A stretch of 63,098 nt of DNA, filler included, from Squatina squatina (taxonomy: Eukaryota): assembly GCA_031763465.1 (NCBI GenBank). It is 3 parts of 3 records of this genome, joined end to end, with 100 filler letters (N's around TTAATTAATTAA, not from the genome) between each part and the next. Parts side by side here need not be neighbours in the genome. Positions count along the whole stretch, not along the records: positions 1 to 20,087 come from JARFOE010000234.1; 2 more parts are not named here. The stretch is one strand, 5' to 3'. The notes under the pieces were generated by a model. The model did no database searches and was not told where the DNA came from. It was given only the letters and a program-made list of their open reading frames with translations. How positions within the stretch are numbered: the first letter of the stretch is position 1; each line of letters opens with the position of its first letter. Made by a program: the position numbers and the translations under genes. Below, piece after piece: positions 1 through 12,678 of this stretch.

Positions 1-91
1 ATGCATGAAGACAAGAGCTGTCCTTTGCGCACTTAGCTTATGGTTCCTCTTAGGTACCCATGCTTGGCTTCGTAATTTTGCTGCAAATAGA

Positions 92-382
92 TCGATGGGT
101 CGAGCAGACCAATGAAGCCCTGAAATTAATCAGATGTCTTCACAGGTCTGGTGGCATCCTGAAATACAGAAACAATGTTCCATCTCATTGTGTTCTGCTG
201 TATGCTGCATAACTTTTGTCCGGAACAAGGACAACACATGGAGCCACCATTGGAGCCGTGTTAAGCATGTTGAGGCAGATAATACTGATGACATAGGAGA
301 TAGCAGGGAAACAGGAGGGATCCAACAATTGCCTGCAGTCATAGCTGTTCGGCTGCAGCTCATTGAAGAGAACTTCAACTGA
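92..382 (+). mobile_element. Degenerate PIF/Harbinger (HARBI1-like DDE) transposase, C-terminal relic
   Basis: Manual translation across frameshifts gives VEQTNEALKLIRCLHRSGGILKY / LIVFCCMLHNF / RLQLIEENFN*. This matches the Harbinger C-terminal pattern IEQTxGxLKxRFRCLxxSGGxLQY...CCxLHN. Confidence 0.75.
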
Positions 383-767
383 ATAATCCGTGCTCTCCTG
401 CAATTAACAGTCATGTCTAACATATGTCCCAGTCCTTCCACCCTGAACAGCATCTGCTAAATACCAAGATTGATATTCATGTCACCTAACATTGCAAGAT
501 CACCAGCTACTACAGAACATTTAGTCTCTGCACAGTATCAAGCTAAAAGAAAAGGGTTACACAAATACAAGGACAAGTGGAAATCTAGCAAACTGAGCGA
601 GCTGTAAAAAGCAACAAAGGAATCCAACAAAATTAATGAGGTGCATAAAGGCACTATGAAAAAAACNNNNNNNNNNNNNNNNNNNNNNNNNNNNNNNNNN
701 NNNNNNNNNNNNNNNNNNNNNNNNNNNNNNNNNNNNNNNNNNNNNNNNNNNNNNNNNNNNNNNNNNT

Positions 768-1125
768 TCTGAAGGGGATTGACAGGGTAGATGCTGAAAG
801 GTTGTTTCTCCTGGCTGGAGTGTCTACAACTAGGGGGTATAGTCTCAGGATAAGGGGGTTGCCCATTTAAGACCGAGATGAGGAGGAATTTCTTCACTCA
901 GAGGGTTGTGAAGCTTTGGAATTCACTGCCTCAGAGAGCTGTGAATGCTATATTCTGTGAGTATATTCAAGGCTGAGATAGATAGATTTTTGGGCTCTAG
1001 GGGAATCAAGGGATATGGAGATCGGGCGAAAAAGTGGAGTGAGGTTGATGATCAGCCATGATCTTACTGAATGGTGGAGCAGGCTTGAGGGGCTGTATGG
1101 CCTACTCCTGCTCCTATTTCTTGTG
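768..1125 (+). mobile_element. CR1 LINE 3' end (ORF2 C-terminus plus tail)
   Basis: Contains gagatgaggaggaatttcttcactcagagggttgtgaagctttggaattcactgcc (the FFTQRVV.LWNSLP motif) and the CR1-type tail atggcctactcctgctcctatttctt. Confidence 0.85.
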
Positions 1126-2202
1126 TAGTTATGTCTTTAACTGTCCTCTTTTGTCCCATTGGAGAAGTAGTAAACAATAATTTTTCAAATTCAGCTGACT
1201 TTTTCTTTTTCGAATTGCTTCTTCTGCAGATATGGCTTCTATTGTAACTAATTGGCAACAATGTCTATCTTCCATGCAAAACTTACATTTTCTCATGGGT
1301 GCCTTGGAACCATCAAATCTTCAGGATTATGAAGATCAGAATTCTGATATAAATGAAATTTTAAAGGCTTTCCATTGAACTTTCTTTTTTAATGATTATT
1401 ATTTTATATTACAAATTGCTGATAGTAATCTCCAGTCCAAGGACAACTAAGTATACAACAATACATATTTATCTAGCTTTACTTTCATCAATTACACTTG
1501 AATATGGATCAAATCCCATGGCATTATAATATTTTCCTAATTTGACTTCTGACAGTCCTACAGATTTGTTCCTTGGCTTGTATGATTGCTCCATCACTTA
1601 TTTCTTCAGACTAACATGTAGCAGATCACTGAGTTCTGGAATCAATTAGGAATTGAGTTCAGTGGTCATGTGTGCAATTTATGGCATTCCAGTAGTAGAC
1701 CTTATTCTACCTTATTCCTGGGCAGTTCAAATGTGAGTGCCACTGTGGGAATCTACTTTCCTTTGAATTAACAACATTTATCTGTCCTGTGAACTGTGTT
1801 GCTTATAGGGCTGACATTTGCTTGCCATTTCCCTTTGCAATTTTACCATGTTTATATATGATTCGTGTAAATGATTATCAATAACACTAGATACCAGTTG
1901 TAACTGAACTTAGTAAATATACATTCATTTTGATTATATGCAAACCTGTTTATATTTTTAAACTCTCTTCATAACACACTGTAGTCTTTGTAGTAGAGAG
2001 CTTCCCATTCTTATGTGTTCATGTTACTGTGTAACAGTAGGTCATCAACCCCCATCAACCTGGAGTTAAAACATATTGGTGCTTCTTGTACTTGCCTCAN
2101 NNNNNNNNNNNNNNNNNNNNNNNNNNNNNNNNNNNNNNNNNNNNNNNNNNNNNNNNNNNNNNNNNNNNNNNNNNNNNNNNNNNNNNNNNNNNNNNNNNNC
2201 AC

Positions 2203-2314
2203 CTCACATGAGGTGCCATCATACCCTGGGGGACAGTCACATAACTCCACTGCAGATGCCACCTTTCTCCCAGCTGAAGTGTGATCAGCAGCTTCAATGC
2301 TAATGCTTCTTAGC
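2203..2314 (-). CDS. LAMA2: Laminin alpha chain internal exon (end of L4a/IV domain into LE repeat), most similar to laminin alpha-2
   Basis: 112-bp exon with acceptor tttctgttacatccag and donor GAG|gtg. Encodes (R)LRSISIEAADHTSAGRKVASAVELCDCPPGYDGTSCE, resembling recalled LAMA2 RLSSVNLESA...AAAVEVCQCPPGYTGSSCE. LAMA1 is not fully excluded. Confidence 0.8.
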
Positions 2315-2544
2315 CTGGATGTAACAGAAATGAAACAGTTAAAAAGTGACTGGGCAAAAAAAAATCCACAAAGGGGGAATATATGTTTCATCGCGTGGAG
2401 AGCAACACGTTAAGTACTGAATTTCTTTCCGAGTCCAACCAAACAAATTGAAACAATAAAATAAAGAAACATGACCTGTCAATAATTGTTCCCAAATGAG
2501 ACCAACCTGTGCAGTTACAAAACATTCAGCATTCAACATTCAGA

Positions 2545-2765
2545 GGCAAGATGAGAAGACATTTACTTACGCAGAGTTGTTATGATCTGGAACATGCTGC
2601 CTGAAAGGGTNNNNNNNNNNGGAAGCAGATTCAATAATAATTTTCAAAAGGGAATTGGAAAAAATTGCAGGGCTGTCGGGAAAGAGCTGGGGAATGAGAC
2701 TAATTGGATAGCTCCTTTCAAAGGAGCAGCACAGACACGATGGGCTTGTACCATTCTATGATTCT
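2545..2765 (+). mobile_element. CR1 LINE 3' fragment, interrupted by a 10-N gap
   Basis: gagatgagaagacatttacttacgcagagttgttatgatctggaacatgctgcctgaaagggt followed by a ccattctatgattc tail. Confidence 0.75.
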
Positions 2766-3249
2766 CTTGGTAACGCCAACATCAGATGCAAAATCTAAAT
2801 TAAAAAAGACTTCAAATCATTTGGAAACAGACATGATTCCTAGATCGTTCAGGCCCAAGAGCACATGAAGCTCTTTGAATGTGCTTATGTTGAATTGCAT
2901 TAACTAGGAATATGTAATATTCCTGCAATCGCAGTATAATCAGACACTTGTTACAGATTTACCTTGTTTGTGAAGCAGGGTCGGACTTCACATTTTCAGC
3001 AATAGCTTTATGTTCATAGTATGACACTGAGGGAATGGTCCTCACGTCGCAAGGGCAATCCATGCGCAAACTATACTAATTTAATTGGGTTTACATATTT
3101 AAATGAAATTAAGATTATCTAAATCCAACATTTAGGATTCGAAAAGTATGCTGTAAATGTAGTTTACAAATCCAAGAAGCGGTTAACACATTACATTTTA
3201 TTTCAACAACAATGCAGTTGTTCAAAATCGGGATTTTGATGTATGAGGC

Positions 3250-4400
3250 AGAGATGCAAGTATAGAACTTACAGACGCGGTTTAGAAAGAAGGGAAACAT
3301 ATTTATCAGTTTTAGCACGTTTCGTAGTTTCAAATTACTTCTCACGAAGCGAGTTCACACGGCTTTTGACTCCGAAGCACGATCCATAATTCCGGGTTTT
3401 TGGAGCAGCCCGTCTCTAATAAGGTCGAACTAGGAAAGAAGTTTTAGGGCGAGTGGAAGTAACTCCCTCTGCTACATCAACAACTACTACAGGCATATTT
3501 TTCCATATTTTGAAACTACTGATCGTAAAACAATAAGAAGGTTTAATGTATTTTTGCATTAGTATACATTATATATAAAACACACTACATGGGAAGACTG
3601 ACAAAAAAAACTCTAACTTTATGTTGTAATGAAACTATATATCTCAAAACGGGACAAATGTGACATGCCACTGCGAAATGGGCTGTTGTTTACGCAGAGC
3701 TGCGGCTGGGTTCACTGCTGTCCGTTTTGGACGTATCTATACTTTCAGAAAGGGTTAGTTGGTAAAATTTAATTTCTTTAAATCCCAATTCCGTAGAATA
3801 ATTACCAAACGAAAGCAAATCAGTGGTCTTCAGTGAAAGTGAAACACACTTTCAGTGGTTCTTCAGCCAATGCATTTTACTTTAAAATCCTCTGAGATTC
3901 AGCCACACTCGCTGGCTCCTTTATTGCCCAGTGGGAGCAGTGAATACAATAGAAACCTTCAAATAATCATTTCATTCGCCTTAAAACACAGTGTATATTT
4001 GACCGTAAATATACAGAGGGGCTTGTGCTTGGAAATAAAATATTTAAGGATTGTATCGTTTGGGATAACCATTTTTGGTAACTTTTCAAAAATAAAGTAT
4101 ATCAGAGCAGGCACATGTACAATACGCTGTTGAAATGGATTAGGATTAAAGTAACCATTATTGATCTGTACAGCGAGTTTTAATCGTAGCTCAGTTACAA
4201 ATTCTGCACAAATTACGGGTTGTTCTGTGCGTCACTATTTCATCGGTAGAATGACTCATTCGGACAACAGGTTAGATCATTTGCTGTTGTCTCAGAAAAA
4301 ACACGTTGCTCTACTCAGTTAAGAGGTCTGTGTGCACAGGACAACGTGCGCTTTTCTAAGGAAAGAACCAATTCATAAGATTGTTCACTGTTATCGTCGT
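3250..4400. promoter_or_regulatory. CpG-retaining non-repeat region; possible promoter or enhancer
   Basis: Visibly more CG dinucleotides than the flanks (e.g. cgaagcgagttcacacgg, tacgcagagctgcggctgg) and no recognisable transposon. Not quantified. Confidence 0.3.
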
Positions 4401-5881
4401 GTAACTGCACTAGGAATAATTCAAAATTCCGAAATGTGTATGTTTTCTTTATTTTTGGCAATCCCCATCCGCCCACTTATCTCTGCCTCTAGATTCAAAT
4501 TGGAGATTACAGAGCCTCATGTTGATGCAACCCAACCAGCAGCGTGCCAAAGTTGTCCTATTGTTAATATTCTGAAAAGCATTTGCCAATGATACAAACC
4601 AAAAGATAAAACTACGGGTCAGATTAATTAATACTCAAATTCATTTTTCCTTCTTGATTTTCATAATCTATCTTATTTTCCCCATCCCCATCAAGCTAGC
4701 CTCCTGTACCCGCTTCTCAATTTGCAGAGTAACNNNNNNNNNNNNNNNNNNNNNNNNNNNNNNNNNNNNNNNNNNNNNNNNNNNNNNNNNNNNNNNNNNN
4801 NNNNNNNNNNNNNNNNNNNNNNNNNNNNNNNNNCGTGGTACGATACATATTGGTGCCGACTACTTGCCAGAACAGTAAGTTCCCAGGTTCAGCCATGCCA
4901 TCAAGACAGCTCTGCACACCATATCAATAATGAAATGCAATTGAATGATCAGAAGGAAGAAAAATAACTTCAAAATAGTGGAAATAAAAAAAAAACAAAT
5001 TTATTTTACAATTTATTTTTCTGTTGTTTAAAATATTATGCACTTTGTACCACAAACTACAAATTTCTGTGATACATTTATACCATAGAAAGCTCAATGG
5101 GATCAAAAATGGTTGTTGCTGGCAAGTCTTAGAACCTTTGTAAGTTTAAATCATCATTTGAAGATTGTGTAGTATTGTAGATGTTACAGTAAAGGATGAA
5201 ACCCAAACGTGCACTGGGGAGAGCCTTTTGTCAATTCAAGACTAAGTCATTTGACAATCGCAACTTTTGAGTTACTGAAATAAAACTTCTGCAACATTGT
5301 GGTAACCTACATATCTGCCAGCATCTTTGATTTTTTAATGACTGCATTTGTTTACAGGAAGGTCTGACAGCTAACCAATAATTGTTGCTGATATTGTCTC
5401 TTTAGTATTGAAGGACTTTTTAACCTTAACTCTAATGCAAAATGTACAGTTTCCTTACATGATGCTTCTTTAAAGAGATTTGCTAGGTTTATGAATGGAG
5501 TAGTAGGAAGTAAAAGTTGAGGAAAAATACAATACTATTTAATTTGGTGCATTCTATGATTGACCCACCACCATTGTGATTGCTATAGAATTTGATTTTG
5601 GTGCAGAAACTACTACTGTAATCTTTAAAGGACTGAGATTGATTCTAAAATTATAGTTTCCACTTCAAGTAATGACCGTGCCTGATTGATATCATTAATA
5701 CAAGAAATTCATAGCATTACTATATATTTCTATTTATTTTATCTACATAAAAAGAGGACTTCCATTAATCCATAATTTTGAACAAGTATCAACTCAGGAA
5801 CTAAACACCTGTGTTTTCTCTCCTACTGCCTCTCCACAACCTGACCCCATTTCAAACAGTGCATGAAATAGTGAAAAATAC

Positions 5882-6209
5882 AGGGGGCCCCAATTGGACT
5901 GACCTGAAATGGGCCGTAGCACTCGGAACCCCATAGCCGGGGGTGAGCAGTGTTTGCAGCGAGGGTCAGGTGAGTGGCCTTGGTGACTTTGCCACCGTTT
6001 CAGGTCATCATAAACAAGCATTGCCACGGCACTGACCCCGCCAATGGCGCGTCACTGCCTGGTTGCGCCGGCGCAAGCCGCGGCCCCGCCCCCTTCCTTA
6101 GAGGGAAGGGCCGCAGGCTTCATTGGTGAATCGGGATCCAGGGCCGCTGGGCCACCAGGGACCCGGGACCCAGCCTGAAAAGGTGCCGGCATGGCAGAGA
6201 GTGTGCCAG
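5882..6209. mobile_element. GC-rich non-autonomous DNA transposon (Harbinger-type MITE), left part
   Basis: Abrupt AT-to-GC transition beginning gggggccccaattgg, similar to the GGG(C/G)..AATT termini of other MITEs in the window. Truncated by a gap. Confidence 0.5.
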
Positions 6210-9200
6210 NNNNNNNNNNNNNNNNNNNNNNNNNNNNNNNNNNNNNNNNNNNNNNNNNNNNNNNNNNNNNNNNNNNNNNNNNNNNNNNNNNNNNNNNNNN
6301 NNNNNNNNNAGCGGCTGAATGGCCTACTCCTGGTCCTAGCAGTGAGACATGAAGATAGCTACCAAACTACAATTCACATTTTGTCCTCAAAAGGGCTTAA
6401 ATGTAAGTTTCAGGCAACATCTCATTGTTAATCATTGCATTAAAGGCTGTGAGTAACAGCAGATCTGGTTCAGTATATATTTTAGTTTTATTGTACATCC
6501 ATTTATTCTTTCAACATCATTTAAAAAAAAATCTATTTGTAGTTGCTGTCTGTGACTCTCTTCACAGCAGCAGCTCTGATATAGAACAATGAAAGAGTCT
6601 GAGGCTGAGGAAACTGCTTATTGTGGGATTTGCAACAGTTTTCAGCCAGTCAAAAGCATTCTTCAATCTTACCTGTGATCGAATACCCATCCTTCTCTAA
6701 TTATCAATATTAGCAAATAACATTGCTCGGAATTAAATCCTGAACTAACATTCAAGAAAGCAAAAAAATCTGCGCCATGTATAACAGCTAAAAGCGCATT
6801 CATTCCACTGCTTTATAATTAATTCAGCACACACATCACTGTTCTAAACACAGATGCCGCACATCTATGGTTCACTGCTTTGCAGAACAGAGAATGTCAG
6901 CATCCTAGTATTTGAGATGTTGGGTTATTATTTTAAAATTTACCATTACAAACGTGAAGCATTTTTGGTTTGTTCACTCCATTTATTCCTTATTTTTGTT
7001 CACTGAGTTATGTTCCTCCCTCTATGCTGTCTTCCTCAGCAGGAAGGATGGGATAGTCCAGTCTGCAGATGGCATTAATGTTGCTTCTTGGCTGACTTGC
7101 TAGAAAGTGCACTTGAGCAGTTTGGAAAGGGATCCCCTACCTAGTTAGTTTTCTGTCTGTGCCATAGTGACCCAGTTGAGTTTAACAAAAATCAACTTCT
7201 AAAGGGAACTCCAGTGCAGATGTCAGCTGAAACTGGGTCACTAATTCTTTTTAGATTGATGATATTATTACGTCTAAAGCGAAGTTTAAAGCTGCATTTC
7301 TGTATAATTTCAAGTATGCATAAAATTACTAATACTGTCTGGGTAAAATGCCTATATGTACAGATCTTAATTATGTTTCCAAAGATCATTTGTGCAGCNN
7401 NNNNNNNNNNNNNNNNNNNNNNNNNNNNNNNNNNNNNNNNNNNNNNNNNNNNNNNNNNNNNNNNNNNNNNNNNNNNNNNNNNNNNNNNNNNNNNNNNNNN
7501 NNNNNNNNNNNNNNNNNNNNNNNNNNNNNNNNNNNNNNNNNNNNNNNNNNNNNNNNNNNNNNNNNNNNNNNNNNNNNNNNNNNNNNNNNNNNNNNNNNNN
7601 NNNNNNNNNNCCTCAGGACAGGTTCTATGAAACAAAAAAGTCCATTGCCGTGGTACCATTAATGGCTACAGTACCACATTTTAGCCATGCATAGTTAGTG
7701 AGAGCTCCCTTTACCAAGAGGGAGACACTTTAACATTAAAACTCAGGGTGATGGTTTGTACTTAGTAATTGACAATAATATAACTGGTAAAGAGACATAA
7801 ACAGTGAATGTGTACTTGTATAATGATTGTTTTGGATTTATATTTATTTTCATTCTTTCTGCTCATAAAATCTCACTCCTGGCAATTTGACAAATTTGAA
7901 GTAGAGCACACAGAAAACAGTTAAACATTTGACACAAAAATAGGCAGTTTTACTAGAAAAGGCTAAGTCTTGGCAGGCCTACATAGTTTAGAAATTAAAT
8001 CAGCGACAGTTGCTTCCTTTGCAATCTAAAGGGAAGCGTAGTGAACTGTTGCTGTATGTGTGAATCCTGATGATTCTTGCANNNNNNNNNNAACAGAAGC
8101 TGACCAGGCTGATTTCAAGGAATATTTCATGCAAACTGATGTATGTCACTGAAAATTCAGTAAATATCAAATTATGTTTATTCATGTTATTGGAATAGTT
8201 CCCATTCTAAATTTTTATAATGAGATTTTGATGAACATTGAATGTGTTAATGTATTCAAAATGTTCCCAATTGATTTTTTTAAAAAGTCTTAAATAGGCA
8301 TGATTTTAAATATGTAGTTTGGGCAGTTTTAAAATCTCTAATCCTATTAACTCCTACTGTGCATAAATTTATAATATATAAGGATTTTGGAAAAATAGTT
8401 TTGAATCTAGAGGCGACCTCTTGAGCAACAGGAACAAGATCATACTCTGTCATGTGATTAACTGGTCTACGGATTTTAGATTTAATAACAATATTCAATT
8501 AAATTTTAAATTTTCAGCACTCATAATCAGATGAACTTTTATCCTGTTTTTTTCAGGAGCTAATTGTTTTATTAAAAATGAGAAAAAGCCATTTTGAATG
8601 AAAAGAAAAAAATAAATTGTGGAATAAAGCTTTAAAATGAAATTTACAATGATTTCTGTATTTGTAAGACCATTTTCTTATATGCAGTGATGAATCACTA
8701 TTATATGAATATATTTTTACTCCCCATTTTAAATATGTTTGGATTGGCAATTGGGTGCCCACACTTGTGCCATGCACAATAACCCCACTTGAGAGAGCAA
8801 GCAGTTGACCTGCTACCATACCATTGCCAGTACTGCTTTAGATCTTCCTTCAAAGTATGTGAGTGACCTGGGTAATGATTTAAATTTTCTCTTCCTTCCT
8901 ATGGGGAAGTGCCAGCTGTTGCTGGGTGGTTCTACCAATGGCACAGCCAAGGCCAGGAACTCAGCACATGGAAAATTATGAGCATCATGCCATTTTGAGA
9001 AATAGCAAGTCAGTGAACCAATTGTGGCACTAATGCTTATTAACATATGTTTAACACTTGGAAGCTGTTCTTCATGAGGCATAGAGACGTCCAGACACAT
9101 GATGCTTCACTTACCAAGCAGGAGAAACAAGTTCAAGTAGTATGAAAAGAGAATATTGCTTTACAGTGTGAGAAGATCAAGGTGCATGTTAACAAAGACC

Positions 9201-10910
9201 ACACAAAGTGTACCTAAAAATTCTTTACTCAAATTGTTGAAAACATTATAGGAGTGAAAAAGCACCCACAGCCCAAAGCAATCGTATGAACAGTGCACAA
9301 TACATAAATTTCTGGCCTTTGGACAGAATTCATGCATGATCAACCATAAAGTATGAATATAGACCACATGAGAAAGAAAAGCTATTAAAATAGATCCCAT
9401 TTGCTCTTCAAAAGTAGTAAGAATGACAGCTCGTAAAAACAAGAGCAAAGTGAAAACCAGGAATATGCAGAAGCAACAAATACAAATCTGATAAATAGGG
9501 TAGAGTAGCTACAGTTTATACTACATTTTAAATAGTTTCCAGGAGACCCAAGTACGAAATAGCTGCATGGTCATTATATTGGACTGTTTGGGTCAGAGTG
9601 ACATCTCTAGAATGGCTTTTATTCATTTTCTGTTTGGGAAGAGTGATCTCTATGTGCCACCCCTGTAAGTCAGATAGTCAGTTGGTGAAGATTTGAGCCT
9701 AGTCTTTAGTTACTTACAAGCCTTTATNNNNNNNNNNNNNNNNNNNNNNNNNNNNNNNNNNNNNNNNNNNNNNNNNNNNNNNNNNNNNNNNNNNNNNNNN
9801 NNNNNNNNNNNNNNNNNNNNNNNNNNNGAATTCTTTACTCTGTCAGCAATTCTTAGGTTTACAACTCAAACATAAAAATTACATTTAAAGTTAATAATTA
9901 GTTAAAGATGCCATTATTTGATAATATTTCATGGCATAAATCAAATATGCAACAGTGGGTAGTCAGCATATCAATGCACGATGCTACAGACTGATAGGAA
10001 AGGAGGTCACTGCCTGTAACGATTCTGTTTGTGCCGGGTAGAGGTGTGGCTCCTGGGGAGGTGCAGACTTCGCAGTAGCAGTTGGGTGGGAAAATCAGCA
10101 GCTGAGTTATCTTGCCCCTTTTTAAAATCATGTATCTTCCAGCAAAAATGTTCTCATTTGTAGAATGGGAGCAGGTTTCCTGACCACTTACTGGATGAAA
10201 ATATTGTATTAGAAAAGGGTGTGGGGCAGGCGGGGGAGGTGGGGCCTAAAAGAGGGATGACATTCACTTACTAAAAGTTATTTTCTTTTAAATAATGGTA
10301 ATCATATACATACATATATATATACATATATATATACACACACACACATTTATAATTAAACCTGTTACCCAACCCTCTCCATCTATGTAATTTAATTTGC
10401 TTTTTGCATTCAGCAAACTTTTTTTTTGTTTATTTTTTTCCATGTTGCAGGATTTTAAATCACCTGACCAAATCATTTCTGAACAGACGGGCATGGTAAG
10501 AGGGAAAATGACACAGTTTTAAACAACTCTGAGGCTGGCTTCATTTTTTGAATTACCCCGAAATATAAATGCTCATTACTACATCTAATAGTATTTTACA
10601 TTGCATGTGCATGAAACACGGGATGCACCACATCTTTAAATGTGCTGCTGGCACCCAACTTTGTTGTGGCAAGCCACTGCTGTCAGACACTGTGGGAGGA
10701 AGAAGCATTAACTTCAACAGCTGTTTCTTGACCCCGGCTGTCAGTCTTCCCACGAATAAATTTTTGGAGTGTCCCATTACAACCCTGTAGGGGATTATAT
10801 AATCTCTANNNNNNNNNNNNNNNNNNNNNNNNNNNNNNNNNNNNNNNNNNNNNNNNNNNNNNNNNNNNNNNNNNNNNNNNNNNNNNNNNNNNNNNNNNNN
10901 NNNNNNNNNN

Positions 10911-11140
10911 CGGAGTAACTTTTAACGCAGCACGGCTGCGTGTTTACAAAGTGCGTTTCCCCTGTTGGGCGAATGCAGTTAGAGGGAGTCCTGCACAGAC
11001 TACAGTAATTCCCCTGCAAGGGCGACTTGAAACCGGCTGCGCTGAATAGCATTTACTCTTCCCGCTGCCTCCCGCCGCAGCAGCGCGACATACCCCGGAA
11101 GTTTAGCCCTTCACTGCTCGCGAAACTTTCTCCACACTGC
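10911..11140. promoter_or_regulatory. CpG-rich housekeeping-type promoter element with ETS (CCGGAAGT) and CGCG-like (CTCGCGAAA) motifs
   Basis: CG-dense stretch cccgccgcagcagcgcgacataccccggaagt...gctcgcgaaac. On the minus strand a possible donor GAAGA|gtaaat lies about 40 nt past the ETS site. Confidence 0.55.
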
Positions 11141-11206
11141 CTGTTTTTTTTTCTTGGGTATGTGCTGCATCTTGTGTGTGTGTGACTCCATCACTTACTC
11201 TTTCTT

Positions 11207-11231
11207 TATATATATATATATATATATATAA
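11207..11231. repeat. (TA)n microsatellite
   Basis: Directly visible tatatata run. Confidence 0.9.
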
Positions 11232-12306
11232 AAGAAGAGCAGCATTGGTTTTGTGCATTTTGCATGGTGGGGGTGAACCAGACCGAGCAAACAATGAGAT
11301 CTGAGCTGCTGTTGCAAACTGCTCGATGCTCCATTTTTTTTTACTTGCGAGTTAGAAGCAGTAATCCGTACATATATTAATTTAAAAAAAAGACATTATT
11401 GGAGACTTTTTTCCAGTTATGCAAAGGGAGGCGGATGGGGTTGATTCTGAAAAGGGGGTTGTATGTGGCTGTAAATAATTAGCTTACCAGAGATTCTCAC
11501 TGATGGGTGGTTGCATCTAAAACTTGACTAAATCAAATATGTGTTGCTTGTATATCTTGGGTGGTGCTAAATTATCTTAGGTTAATTACTGTAGGTTACA
11601 AACGCAGTGTCTTTCATTGCTGAAAGTCATTAACAAAATGACTTGCTTTTGCCCCATCTCTTGTCCCTCTCTCCTTTTTAGAAGCCAGCACTGGATTTAT
11701 AATAAGGATTGCACTGTACTGGTTCGTTTCTGGAGTACAATATGGCTTAACTATTCTTGATAGATATTACTTTTGTAAAATTACAGCTTTTGTGCTTCAG
11801 ATCACTCCCTGAGGTTTGATGTTTTATGAAGATAAAATGTTAATGTAACATGTTCTTCTTACCCCTCAGGGCAAAATGTTTGTATGTGTTCTCTTTTTGT
11901 ATATCCACATTGACTTGCAAAATGAGAGGTGTTCCAGATCTGGCTCTTGTAATTTTTATATTATTACTTGTGCATACTTGAGGGAATGTATTCTTCACAT
12001 TTTTTTTGGGAGGAGGAACATTTACTACTGGTAAATGGCAAAGAATGCTAATGACCATGTAAATATTTGAGGCATAAACACGTTGATTGTTTATAAGGGC
12101 ATGTATACGCTCTCTCCCAGAAAATCCAAGAAAAGCATGCATTGTGCTGAGTGCATGCTGGGAAAAACAGATCTTTTCTTGGGTAACTTTTTAAAACCGA
12201 GTTACTTGCTCGAACTAGTCAGAGGATTCGAAATAAATGCATTTAGATTGTGGAAAGTATACAATGTGTTCATTCATTTATGTATTTTTTTGCTCTTTAC
12301 ATGCAG

Positions 12307-12418
12307 TCAGGTCTCACACAGGCAGTGCGAGACAGTAAGATCAGCCTGCAGCAAGCAGAATATGAGTTTTTGTCCTTTGTACGCCAGCATACCCCACCAG
12401 GCCTCTGTCCTCTTGCAG
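12307..12418 (+). CDS. REXO2: Oligoribonuclease REXO2 (small fragment nuclease) internal exon
   Basis: 112-bp exon with acceptor tttacatgcag and donor GCAG|gtatgt. Encodes [37 protein letters not shown](G), nearly identical to recalled vertebrate REXO2 [38 protein letters not shown]. Confidence 0.93.
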
Positions 12419-12678
12419 GTATGTCATATTAACTGGTATTATCTGTCTTGCATGGGTTTTTTATTTCATTGATACTGCTAGTGATAATTCAAGGTAACAA
12501 AACCTGAAAAGGGATATCGACAAGTTAAGTGAGTGCTCAATATGGTGGCAGATGGGAGTATAATGTGGAGGGAATGTGNNNNNNNNNNNNNNNNNNNNNN
12601 NNNNNNNNNNNNNNNNNNNNNNNNNNNNNNNNNNNNNNNNNNNNNNNNNNNNNNNNNNNNNNNNNNNNNNNNNNNNNN

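Noticed and set aside
5882-6209. CpG-island promoter
   Set aside because: The sharp boundary with a TIR-like start indicates a GC-rich MITE. The same applies to 46480-47175 and 49274-49640.
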